From the NCBI GenBank assembly GCA_041690395.1, contig JAWLHJ010000002.1, positions 564,751 through 628,750 of the forward strand: a DNA stretch of 64,000 nucleotides. The letters run 5' to 3'. This stretch comes from Longimicrobiales bacterium. GTDB lineage: Bacteria > Gemmatimonadota > Gemmatimonadetes > Longimicrobiales > Gaopeijiaceae. Made by a program: the position numbers and the translations under genes. How positions within the stretch are numbered: the first letter of the stretch is position 1; every line of letters starts with the position of its first letter. This document shows positions 9,319-18,747 of this stretch, in pieces. The notes beneath the pieces are model-generated. The model saw only the letters and a program-made list of their open reading frames with translations. It was not told the origin of the DNA and searched no databases.

Positions 9319-12300
9319 TCATCCGCCAGGGCCGGTGTCGGTCGGCGCCGTCGCGTCGGGCTCGTCCCCATTCTTCTCTTTGGGAGGGCGCGGCCGGTCG
9401 ATCGCGAGGGTGACGCCTCCCAGGAAGGTCGAGCCCGACCGCTCCACCTCGTGCGCCCCGTCGGCGAGGTAATCCAGGATCGCGCGGTCCCAGGCGAGCC
9501 CCGCACTCGCGACGACCCCGAGGTAGGGGCCGTACGCGGTCTCGTCGGGAGCCTCCGTGAGCCCGCTCCAGATGGTCACGCGCGGGTTGAACCCGTTCCC
9601 CTCCCCGCTCGACCCCTTCAGGGGCATCTCGATGAGCACGCCGTCGGTCAGCGGAATGCGGAAGACGTCCGGGTCGAAGCTCGCGCCGTACCGGTCGTAG
9701 CGGTCGTACATGCGACGATTGAGCGCCACGACGTCCGGCACGCCGTTGATGGCGTCGGTGATGTAGTCGCGGATGCGGAACGCCGCGTCCCGGTGCCGGG
9801 GAAAGCGCGGGCTGTCGACGTAGCCGAAGCCGGGCATGAACCATCCCTTGTTCATCCCCCAGTTCCGCTCGGTCACCCGTCCGCCGCGGACGAGGCCCGA
9901 GTACTCGGAGAAAAGCTGGACGACCTGATGCGACGGGTATCCGTGGGGATTCAGGAAGACGTCGGGCAGCCAGGTGCTCCAGAGGCGCTGACGGACGGGG
10001 GCTTCGGGATAGATCGGATGGTCGTCGTCACCGCCCGAGGTCGCGCCCTGGCCGAGCGACCCCAGGTACCCCGCGTGCAACAGATAGTCGGGCGTGATGC
10101 GGTACAGGTCGTAGGCGAGCTGCGCGCCGTCCGGATTCGTGAACGGGTGCACGACCACGTTGACGCGGTCCAGCTTCCGGCGGGTCGCCGAGTCGGTCAG
10201 CAGGAGCTCGGCGTGCCGGAGCACGTGGCTCGTGGACGACACCTCGTTGGCGTGCTCTCTGGCCGAATAGATCACGGTGGGCTTGTACGTCGTCGCCTTC
10301 GCGTGCGACCAGTGGCTCGCCTCGACGGGAGACATGAGGTCCATCGCCCAGATGTCCTTCCCGAGGTAGCTCTCCCCCACCCGGTAGATGCTCGCCTCGT
10401 CGAAGGCCGCTGCCATCTTGCCGAGGATCTCGTGGCCTTCGGGCGGCGGGATCGGGGTGTCCCACTGGACCAGACGCTCCCCTCCGTAGCTCCATCCCTC
10501 GGGGACGAGCGTGCTCGGGTCGGGGAGCGCCCTCGGCGTCCCGTTGGCCGCGAGCGTCGCCGTGCGCCGTGACTCCGCGTCCTCCCGGTGGGTCCACTCG
10601 GCCCAAACCTCCAGGGTCCCGAGCCCGGGCAGCGCGAGCCCGGACTGGTAGAGACCCGCCGCCCGGAGCGCCTCGAGCTCGCGGAGCGTGGCCGTGACCT
10701 GCTCGGCCGACACCATGGTCCGGTCGACCTGACGCGGCGTCGCGTGGTTGAGCAGGCTGTCCCTCATGTCGGCGTCGGTGTCCACGCGAACGCGGAGCGC
10801 GACGTGCGACAGCCCCGAGCCGTCGGCAGCCACGCGGGCCAGCCGGGCCGACGGCCGCTCGAGCGTGGTGCGGGGGATGTCGAGGCGGCGCTCCCCTTCC
10901 ATGCCGGATCGGTCGCGATACCGGACCACCACCGCGGGCCGCGACGTTTCGAAGCCCGTCGCTCGCACGCGCACCGACGCGGCACTCCCGTCCGAGCGGG
11001 GGCGCATGACGGGGATGACCCGCCCCGGAAAGGTGAGGCCGCGCCCACGCGAGTTGCGGCCGATGAGGTCGAAGAACTCCAGCGTGCCGAAGTAGATCTC
11101 CTCGTGCAGCGCGTCGAGGGGGGCATGGATCTCGTTGTCGACCCCGAGCCGGTAGTCCGGCTCGCTCATCTCGAGCTCGACGGTGAGCTCGCCGAAGTAG
11201 GGGGCGTCGGTCTCGCCTCCCTCCGGCAACCCGTCGTGCCGGCCCATCACGTAGTCGTAGAGGGCCGGAAGCACGTCGGCCTGAAAATGGTCCCAGAATG
11301 CCTCCGGGTCGGTCCGGATGCGCTCGTCGACGAGGGTTCGGCCCCCGCTGACGGCGGTGAGCCAGCCCGTCGTCACACGCACCTGCTCGTAGTCCCGGAA
11401 ACGGTCGAAATAGGGGCGGAGCACCCAGCGGGGATCGAAGGTGTCGCGAAGCAGCTCGGCGCCCGCGTCGTCGGAGACGAGCACCTCGTAGGTCGGACCG
11501 TCCTCGACCTGCTCGAAGACGATCTGCCCGAGCTCCAGGTCGAGCTCGTCGGCGAACACCTCGTCGATCGGAAAGATCTCGTGGAGCCAGCGCACGGGCG
11601 TGTGCATCGCCTGCTGGGTCCACTCGGGCGGCGGCTCGTTGCGACGGAACCGGATCCGGATCTCGCCGATCTCCATCCCGTCCAGCCGGGGACGCACGAT
11701 GTCGTGGAGCCAGGAGTATCCCTGCTTGAAGGCCGACAGGACGTGGACCTCGGTTCCCTCCGGATCGGCTCCCGCGGCCAGCAGCGCCTCCCGTGCCTCG
11801 CGCTCGAGCTCCTCGCGAAGCTCGGGGGGCTCGCTGAGGCGCGCCTCGACGCGCACGGGCTCCCCCGAACGGACGGCGGGCACCACCGCGTCCGCCATCA
11901 GCTCCCGGAAGCGATCGACCTCCGACGGCAGACGGAGATCCGACTCGTAGACGGGCGACGCGAAGCGGACATCGCGGTCGTCGACCTCCGCGGTCGTTGC
12001 GACCGCAGAGCCCAGCCGCCCGGCGACGCGGCCACGCAGGAACGTCTCCAGCGCGGGATCCGCACGGTCGACGGAGAGCAGGACGTGCGCCGAATCGAGG
12101 GTCATCGTGTCGAGCTCGGCCAGGATCCGGTCGAGCTTGTAGAGGCCGATCGCGGCCTGTCCTTCCGGCGCGTGCCCGGCTAGCGCGTGCCAGAGCAGCG
12201 CCTCCACGTCGTCGAGCGTGGGGCGGTCCTTGCCCCGCTCGGCGAGGTTCGGGTAGGTGGTCGACAGGTACTCGAGCGCCCGGGCCGCGCCCGCCGGGTC

Positions 12301-13512
12301 GCTCCCCGTGACCACGAAGGCCGGCTTCTCGCCGAACGCCCGCGGGACGACCCGCAGGAGCCCCTCTCCGGGGCCGACGCTCGCCGTGGTCACGCGGCCG
12401 CTGTCGGCCAGCTCGACGGTGAGCTCGTTGTCGGACCCGGTCAGCACGAGGGTGGGCAACCCGCCGGGGCCGTCCACCGAAGCGGCCGGCTCGACGAGGG
12501 GAACCACCAGCCCGGTCGACTCGAGCCCGAGACGGGCGGCGAGCTCCACGAGACCGGCATCCGGCGCGGCTCCCGGCGCCAGCACGGCATCGATCCGGTC
12601 GGGGATCAGGTTGCTGTCACCGTCGCCGAGCAGCCCGTCGGGGGTGTAGAGGTTGGAGAGGTCGAGATCGTCCTTGGCCCCGGCGCCCGGCCGTCCGGAG
12701 ACGGTGCCGGCCTCCTCGGGCTCGGCTCGCCCGAGGAGGCGCACGGCCTCGCTGCCTAGCCGCACCTCGACGGACCGGAGGCCCTCCTGGGCGAGGAGGC
12801 TGTCCGGACCACCCGAGCCGAACGCGCGGAGACGGTCGGCCGCCCCCGCCAGGGCCTGACCCGCTCCGCCGACTTCGACGACCGCGCGATCCAGTCCGTC
12901 GGCTCCGGCGCGCGCTCTGGCCTGCACCACACGCACCGTATACGCCTCCGAGTCCGTCGCGTCTCCACGAGCGATCGTCTCGATGTCGTCACGCACATCA
13001 GCGAGCGTCGGAGCGGACAGGGTGCGTGTGTGGGGAAGAACCCCCGCGAACATGCGGGCGGCGGCGCGCAGCCCGTCATCGTCTCCCCCGAGCACCAATA
13101 GCCAGCGACGCCCCGACTCCTCGTGCGTGGCAACCACCCCCTCCCCCGCGTCGAGCGAGGCCGGATCCACGCCAGGTGACGCCAGGCCCGCCTCGGCGAG
13201 CCCACCGCGCCCCACGACGATCGTGATCCCGTCGGTCGACCGTCCTCTCGCGACGGGCAGGTCCATCGCCATGGTCTCGAAGCCCAACCGCGCGGCGATC
13301 TCGGCCGCGGCCACGGTCTCCGCGGGCGTCGGGGCCGGACCGAGAAGGAGCGACGCGTCGACCCGGTCCGGGAAGCCGTCCCCGTTCGTGTCGACCACGA
13401 CGCCCCCCAGGTCGAACACCCCGGTCAGGTCGAACGGCGCCTCCTGGGCGGCGAGCCCGCCGGACATCCCCAGGAACGCGGCCAGGACGAGCCAGAGCGG
13501 GCGAGTCGTCAT
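9319..13512 (-). CDS. large secreted protein with C-terminal M14 zinc carboxypeptidase domain
   Basis: Signal peptide; REHANE, NPDG and NPHGY motifs; ATGA overlap with upstream gene. Confidence 0.85.
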   Translation of the reverse strand: MTTRPLWLVLAAFLGMSGGLAAQEAPFDLTGVFDLGGVVVDTNGDGFPDRVDASLLLGPAPTPAETVAAAEIAARLGFETMAMDLPVARGRSTDGITIVVGRGGLAEAGLASPGVDPASLDAGEGVVATHEESGRRWLLVLGGDDDGLRAAARMFAGVLPHTRTLSAPTLADVRDDIETIARGDATDSEAYTVRVVQARARAGADGLDRAVVEVGGAGQALAGAADRLRAFGSGGPDSLLAQEGLRSVEVRLGSEAVRLLGRAEPEEAGTVSGRPGAGAKDDLDLSNLYTPDGLLGDGDSNLIPDRIDAVLAPGAAPDAGLVELAARLGLESTGLVVPLVEPAASVDGPGGLPTLVLTGSDNELTVELADSGRVTTASVGPGEGLLRVVPRAFGEKPAFVVTGSDPAGAARALEYLSTTYPNLAERGKDRPTLDDVEALLWHALAGHAPEGQAAIGLYKLDRILAELDTMTLDSAHVLLSVDRADPALETFLRGRVAGRLGSAVATTAEVDDRDVRFASPVYESDLRLPSEVDRFRELMADAVVPAVRSGEPVRVEARLSEPPELREELEREAREALLAAGADPEGTEVHVLSAFKQGYSWLHDIVRPRLDGMEIGEIRIRFRRNEPPPEWTQQAMHTPVRWLHEIFPIDEVFADELDLELGQIVFEQVEDGPTYEVLVSDDAGAELLRDTFDPRWVLRPYFDRFRDYEQVRVTTGWLTAVSGGRTLVDERIRTDPEAFWDHFQADVLPALYDYVMGRHDGLPEGGETDAPYFGELTVELEMSEPDYRLGVDNEIHAPLDALHEEIYFGTLEFFDLIGRNSRGRGLTFPGRVIPVMRPRSDGSAASVRVRATGFETSRPAVVVRYRDRSGMEGERRLDIPRTTLERPSARLARVAADGSGLSHVALRVRVDTDADMRDSLLNHATPRQVDRTMVSAEQVTATLRELEALRAAGLYQSGLALPGLGTLEVWAEWTHREDAESRRTATLAANGTPRALPDPSTLVPEGWSYGGERLVQWDTPIPPPEGHEILGKMAAAFDEASIYRVGESYLGKDIWAMDLMSPVEASHWSHAKATTYKPTVIYSAREHANEVSSTSHVLRHAELLLTDSATRRKLDRVNVVVHPFTNPDGAQLAYDLYRITPDYLLHAGYLGSLGQGATSGGDDDHPIYPEAPVRQRLWSTWLPDVFLNPHGYPSHQVVQLFSEYSGLVRGGRVTERNWGMNKGWFMPGFGYVDSPRFPRHRDAAFRIRDYITDAINGVPDVVALNRRMYDRYDRYGASFDPDVFRIPLTDGVLIEMPLKGSSGEGNGFNPRVTIWSGLTEAPDETAYGPYLGVVASAGLAWDRAILDYLADGAHEVERSGSTFLGGVTLAIDRPRPPKEKNGDEPDATAPTDTGPGG

Positions 13513-14405
13513 CGGAGATGTGCCTCCATGGCGGGTCCACGTTCGGGATGAGCGGCCCACAGCTGCACCTCCTGATCGGGCGAGTCGTCGGACGGGGCGG
13601 TGAGGATCTCGAACTCCTCGTCGCAGAAGAGCGGGGCGAGCGCGCGGTACTCGAAGGCCGCGACGTCTCCCGAGCGTAGGGCGGCACCTGCGTCCAGCAG
13701 TAGGAGCGCGAGGAGCGGCCCGTGGACGACCAAGCCGGGATACCCCTCCGCGTGCGTCGCATAGGGGTGGTCGTAGTGGATGCGGTGCGCGTTGAACGTG
13801 AGCGCGGAGAAGCGGAAGAGCGTCACCGCGTCGGCCCGGAAGCGACCGACCACGCGGGCCCGCTCGGGCGCGACATACCGGGCCGGCTCGGCGGCGGCGC
13901 CCCGCTCCGGCGGCGACCGGTACACGATGTCCTGCTCCTCCTCGACGGCGAGCCCGTCCGGACCGTGGATCTCGTGCTTCACCGTGACGAACACGAGCGT
14001 CCCGGTCCGGCCCCGCTTCGGCGTGATCCGATCGACCGTCGAGACGCGCCGCGCCGGCTCACCCAACACCAGGGGCGCGTGGAAACGGATTCGGCCACCG
14101 GCCCACATCCTTCGCTCGAGCGGTACGTCGGGCAGGAAGCGCCCCAGCGCCTCGTGCCCGTCCGTCCCCAGCTCCGAGGCGCGCACGGGATCGTGGAAGT
14201 GGAGCCAGTGCCACCCCCAAGGGAGCCGGGACCCCTCGACGAGCCCCTCAGGGTCGCGGTCGAGCGTCGCTGCCAACGCGCGGGCGGGCCAGGGGCGGAC
14301 GACCTCCTCGCGCACGCGCCGCCTACCCAGCCACGCACCGTAGTCGCGAGCGAGCGCCTCCTCCTCGGACGGGCTCATGGCACGGGGCGGCTCGCCGGAG
14401 CTCAT
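13509..14405 (-). CDS. double hot-dog acyl-CoA hydratase (itaconyl-CoA / mesaconyl-C4-CoA hydratase family)
   Basis: LGTDGH, RRMWAGG, LFRFSALTFNAHRIHYD, EGYPGLVVHGPL. Confidence 0.85.
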   Translation of the reverse strand: MSSGEPPRAMSPSEEEALARDYGAWLGRRRVREEVVRPWPARALAATLDRDPEGLVEGSRLPWGWHWLHFHDPVRASELGTDGHEALGRFLPDVPLERRMWAGGRIRFHAPLVLGEPARRVSTVDRITPKRGRTGTLVFVTVKHEIHGPDGLAVEEEQDIVYRSPPERGAAAEPARYVAPERARVVGRFRADAVTLFRFSALTFNAHRIHYDHPYATHAEGYPGLVVHGPLLALLLLDAGAALRSGDVAAFEYRALAPLFCDEEFEILTAPSDDSPDQEVQLWAAHPERGPAMEAHLR

Positions 14406-14412
14406 CGGGATC

Positions 14413-15561
14413 TCAGAACGAGCGCGGCATGCCCAGCACGTGCTGGGCGACGTGGGACAGGACCAGGTTGTTCGCGACCGGGGCCACCAGGTACAGCCTC
14501 GCCTCGCGGAACTTCCGCTCGATGCCGTACTCCTCGGCCAGCCCGTAGCCGCCGAAGGTGTCCATGGCGGCGTTGGCCGCCTCCCACGCGGCTTCCGAGG
14601 CCAGGTACTTGCTCATGTTCGCTTCCGCGCCGCACGGCTCCCCGGCGTCGTAGAGCGCCACGGCCCGGTCCCGGAGCGCCGCGGCGCCCATGGTGCGGAT
14701 GTACGCTCCCGCGATGGGGAACTGCACGCCCTGGTTCTGGCCGATGGGGCGCTGGAAGACCACCCTCTCGCCCGCGTAGGCGCTGGCGCGATCCACGAAG
14801 AAGAGCGCGTCGCCCACGGACTCGGACGCCAACAGGAGCCGCTCCGCGTTCATCCCGCTCAGGATGTAGCGGAACCCCTTCCCTTCCTCGCCGAGCAGGT
14901 TGTCCGCGGGCACCTCGAGCTCGTCGAAGAAGACCTCGTTCGTCTCGTGGTTGATCATCGTGTCGACCGGCACGACGCGCAGCGCGTCGCCGGCCTCCCG
15001 CAGGTCCACCACGAAGACGCTCAGACCGTCGGTGCGCTTCGCGACCTCGTCCGCCGGCGTCGTCCGGGCCAGCAGGATCATCAAGTCGGAATGCTGCACG
15101 CGTGAGATGAAGATCTTCTGACCGCGTACGACGTACCGGTCGCCCTTCCGTTCGGCGAACGTCGAGATGCTCGTCGTGTCCGATCCCGCGTCGGGCTCGG
15201 TCACGGCGAACGCCTGGAGCCGCAGGTCGCCCGAGGCGATGCCCGGTAGCCACCTGCGCTTCTGCTCCTCCGAGCCGTGCCGGAGCAGCGTGCCCATCGT
15301 GTACATCTGCGCGTGGCACGCGGCGCCGTTCGCGCCCGAGCGGTTGATCTCCTCGAGGATCACCGCCGCCTCGCGCATCCCGAGCCCCGCGCCACCGTAG
15401 GCCTCCGGGATCAGCGCGCCGAGGTATCCCGCCTCGGTCAGCTCACGGACGAACGCCTCCGGATACGCGCGCTCGCGGTCCAGCTTCCGCCAGTACTCAC
15501 CGTCGTAGCGGGCGCACAGCTTCCGCACCTGGTCCCGCAGCTCCTGGGTCACGTCGCTCAT
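14413..15561 (-). CDS. acyl-CoA dehydrogenase
   Basis: FAVTEPDAGSD, GQKIFIS, GGYG, IERKFRE motifs. Confidence 0.93.
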   Translation of the reverse strand: MSDVTQELRDQVRKLCARYDGEYWRKLDRERAYPEAFVRELTEAGYLGALIPEAYGGAGLGMREAAVILEEINRSGANGAACHAQMYTMGTLLRHGSEEQKRRWLPGIASGDLRLQAFAVTEPDAGSDTTSISTFAERKGDRYVVRGQKIFISRVQHSDLMILLARTTPADEVAKRTDGLSVFVVDLREAGDALRVVPVDTMINHETNEVFFDELEVPADNLLGEEGKGFRYILSGMNAERLLLASESVGDALFFVDRASAYAGERVVFQRPIGQNQGVQFPIAGAYIRTMGAAALRDRAVALYDAGEPCGAEANMSKYLASEAAWEAANAAMDTFGGYGLAEEYGIERKFREARLYLVAPVANNLVLSHVAQHVLGMPRSF

Positions 15562-16433
15562 CGTGGTGTCGCCGCACGCTGAAGGGTACGTCGCGCGGCC
15601 TCGACCACCGGCCGGTCCACCATGCCGCCCTCGAAGGAGATGACCCCTCCACCGGCTCGGTGGTAGGCGTCGAGGAGCCGCCGCGCGCGGTCCGCCGCCT
15701 CGGGATCAGGGCGGAAGGCATCGTGGATCGGCTCGATCTGGCGTGGATGGATGGCGGCTTTAGCCGTGAAGCCCAGGCCGGCCACGGCGCGGGCCTCAGC
15801 CGCGACGCCCGCCACGTCGTCCAGCTCGAGATACGGAACGTCGATGACGCCGACGCCACCGAGGGCCGCGGCATGGACCACCCGCGAGCGGGCGTACAGC
15901 AGCGCGTCCCACTCCAGGGAGCAGCCGAGCTCCGCCGCCAGGTCTACGGCGCCGAGGAACAGGGCCGACACACCGGGGACCGCGGCGATGTCCGCCGCGC
16001 TCTCCAGCCCCCGCGCCGTCTCGACCATCGCCACGAGGTTCACGTCGCGACCGCCCGCGGCCAACGCGTCGCGCACCCGCTCGACGTCGGCCGGCCCGTC
16101 GACCTTCGGCACCACGACCGTGAGCGGCTCGGCCGCGGGAAGCGAGGCGAGGGCCGCGAGGTCGTCCGCTCCCGCCTCCGTCCGGGCCGGATTCACCCGC
16201 AAGGCCGACCGGTCCGCCCGCCACGTCGCGCCCTGGATGAGATCCAATACCGAGCGCCGGGCCGCGTCCTTGTCCCCGAGGGCGACCGCGTCCTCGAGAT
16301 CGACGCAGACCAGGTCCGCCCCCGAGGCCAGGGCCTTCGGGTACCTGTCCGTGCGGCTTCCCGGCACGAACAGGAGCGACCTCCACCAGGAAGTGCCGGG
16401 GTGGCGCGCGCCACCCCGGCTCCCCTCATGCAT
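15558..16433 (-). CDS. CitE-like CoA ester lyase (citramalyl-CoA lyase-like)
   Basis: RSLLFVPG, DLEDAV, MVETARG, GAVDL, KAAIHPRQ. Start trimmed to the ATG just after the upstream stop. Confidence 0.88.
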   Translation of the reverse strand: MHEGSRGGARHPGTSWWRSLLFVPGSRTDRYPKALASGADLVCVDLEDAVALGDKDAARRSVLDLIQGATWRADRSALRVNPARTEAGADDLAALASLPAAEPLTVVVPKVDGPADVERVRDALAAGGRDVNLVAMVETARGLESAADIAAVPGVSALFLGAVDLAAELGCSLEWDALLYARSRVVHAAALGGVGVIDVPYLELDDVAGVAAEARAVAGLGFTAKAAIHPRQIEPIHDAFRPDPEAADRARRLLDAYHRAGGGVISFEGGMVDRPVVEAARRTLQRAATPR

Positions 16434-16438
16434 GCCCG

Positions 16439-18079
16439 TCAATTCGGGCGGAAGTAGCGGTTGCGCTGGTACAGATTGAACGGCTGTACCCCGGCGACCG
16501 ACATCGGCTGATGGGTCATCACGCGCATCATCGGCACCTGCTGCCGCTCGTCGCCACCCGTTTCGTTGGTCTGGAGGATGTGGTCCGCCCATCCCCAGGT
16601 GATCAGGTTGTCGTCCGTCTCGGGCTCGAAGATGTAGTTGATCAGGTTGGCCCGCGACTGAGCCGACGGAATCCAGAACCATCCGGGCACCACGTCGACG
16701 CGCTCGACCTCCTTCTCGGCCTCGACGGCCATCAGATAGTGCCCCTGGAAGTAGCTCTCGACGCTCACGTCGGTGGCGTAATACACCTCGGCATCGAGCG
16801 TCGTCGGCTCACGGAACCGGAAGACCGCGATGTCGTGGTCCTGGAGGATCGGCACGACCGAGGCCATCGACGGCGGGAGCAGGTATCCCACGGGACGAGG
16901 CGTCGTGCGCGTGGGCTCCCAGCGGAGGAAGACGGGAACGTCCTCACGGGAATAGCCCATCGGCGCGTCGTCGTTCGGCATCCAGACGGACTCCGTGCCG
17001 CGCGACGTCAGCTCGTAGTCGAGGATGATCGGGTCTCCACCGGTCGATCCGGCCTCGATGGCCCGCAGGCGCGACGCCGTGGTGAGCGCCCGGATCTCCT
17101 CACGGCGCTCGGCCGCGACCTCGAGGATGGCCGTCGTGGCGAGCACGCCGCCGCGGATCTGATGGAAGTACCGGTCCTCCTCGGCGATCTCCTCGAGCTG
17201 TCCGTTCCGCGAGAGGACACGGGCGTTCGGCGTCTCGAGCAGGATGCCGATCGAGTTGGTCAGCCCCGTGTACACGTGGTGCTTCCGCGGCTCGACCGAC
17301 GTCGAGCCCCAGCCCCGCACACCGTTCTCGGTGCGCACGCCCGAGTAGTCGAACGCCTCGTACCCTTCCGTGCCCACCGCCTGGCGGAGGCGCGGGAAGA
17401 TGACGTCGTACGGATAGGCCCGCAGCTCGTCGTCGGCCGCCGGGTTCAGCGTGCCCTGGTAGGTGATGACGTAGGGCGGGGAGCCGCCGTGGTGTCCGTC
17501 CACGTGGATGTCCGGCGTCCACTCGTTCATGACCTGCGTCACGAGCGCATGGATCTCCTGGGACTCGAGCTTCACGTAGTCGCGGTTCATGTCGTAGCCG
17601 GCCTCGTTCGTGCGCCGCTGCACCTCGCCCCCATCGGGGTTGATCAGCGGAATCGCGAGCACGATCACGTCCTCGAGGAGGGCGCGGAGGTCGCCGCCGA
17701 CGAGATCCTTCGCCACGAGCTGCACCGCTTCCTTCGGGGATACCTCGCCGCCGTGCACCGACGGAGCGAGGAGGACGATCGTCTTCCCGGAGCGGAGCGC
17801 GTCCTGGGGCGTCGCGACCATCGGCTCGGCGATCGTCACCATCATGAACTCACGGTCGAGGAGCGTGTTCGTGAGCGGCTGCATGCTCACGATGTCGCTG
17901 ACCCGGTCGAGCTCGTACCAGAAGTCCATGAGGGGCTCGAACGGCGTGGGCCCGGACCGGAAGTTCTCCTGCTCCTGCCAGGTCTGGGGAAGCTGCTGCG
18001 CGTCGACCGACGTGGCTGATACCGCGAACGGCATCGAGACCACGGCCGCGAGCGCTAAGGCACGGACGAAAGATGACAT
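16439..18079 (-). CDS. secreted M14 family zinc carboxypeptidase
   Basis: Signal peptide; VHGGE, NPDG, RRTN, DMNRD, DGHH, LLET. Confidence 0.88.
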   Translation of the reverse strand: MSSFVRALALAAVVSMPFAVSATSVDAQQLPQTWQEQENFRSGPTPFEPLMDFWYELDRVSDIVSMQPLTNTLLDREFMMVTIAEPMVATPQDALRSGKTIVLLAPSVHGGEVSPKEAVQLVAKDLVGGDLRALLEDVIVLAIPLINPDGGEVQRRTNEAGYDMNRDYVKLESQEIHALVTQVMNEWTPDIHVDGHHGGSPPYVITYQGTLNPAADDELRAYPYDVIFPRLRQAVGTEGYEAFDYSGVRTENGVRGWGSTSVEPRKHHVYTGLTNSIGILLETPNARVLSRNGQLEEIAEEDRYFHQIRGGVLATTAILEVAAERREEIRALTTASRLRAIEAGSTGGDPIILDYELTSRGTESVWMPNDDAPMGYSREDVPVFLRWEPTRTTPRPVGYLLPPSMASVVPILQDHDIAVFRFREPTTLDAEVYYATDVSVESYFQGHYLMAVEAEKEVERVDVVPGWFWIPSAQSRANLINYIFEPETDDNLITWGWADHILQTNETGGDERQQVPMMRVMTHQPMSVAGVQPFNLYQRNRYFRPN

Positions 18080-18224
18080 CGTATGAAACCTCGAATCTCA
18101 GGGGGGGAATGGAAGAGCGAAAACGAACACGCGGCGACCCCGCGCGCCATCCCGGGTGAAGGACGGCCTGCCGGAAATAGACCCCTATCGTTGCCGGAAC
18201 GCTTGGATCCGGCGACCGTCCGCC

Positions 18225-18743
18225 ATGCGAATTCTGAAGGGCGAGCACGCGACTCGCCACCTCACGTCACCCGGACGCGGCGTGCGTCCCACCGCCGAGA
18301 CCGTCCGGGACCGCGCCCTCGCGCTGGTCGCGGACGATTTCCAGGGAGGGCGGTTCCTCGACCTCTTCGCCGGCACGGGGGCGGTGGGCCTGGAAGCCCT
18401 CTCGCGCGGGGCCCGGTACGTCGACTTCGTCGAGAACGGAGCGTCGGCCCTGCACGCGCTGAAGGCGAACGTCGCGGCGCTCCGCGTCCGGGACCGCGCG
18501 CGCATCTACAAGAAGGACGTGATCCCGTGGGTGGAGCGCCTCGAGGCCGGCGCGTACGATGTCGCGTACGTCGATCCTCCGTACGGGTCGAAGAAGCTCG
18601 ACCGCGTGGTCGAGCGATGGTTGGCCGTCCCGTTCGCTCGCGTCCTCGTCGTGGAGCACGAGCCCGGGCACGAGCTGCCGGCCAAGGGGCTGGCCTACGA
18701 CTTCGAAGGGGGCACCCGGGTCACGATCGTCCGCGGGCCGTAG
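18225..18743 (+). CDS. rsmD: 16S rRNA m2G966 methyltransferase RsmD family
   Basis: MRILKGE, VRPT, LDLFAGTGAVGLEALSRGA, VDPPY. Confidence 0.88.
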   Translation: MRILKGEHATRHLTSPGRGVRPTAETVRDRALALVADDFQGGRFLDLFAGTGAVGLEALSRGARYVDFVENGASALHALKANVAALRVRDRARIYKKDVIPWVERLEAGAYDVAYVDPPYGSKKLDRVVERWLAVPFARVLVVEHEPGHELPAKGLAYDFEGGTRVTIVRGP

Positions 18744-18747
18744 CGGG

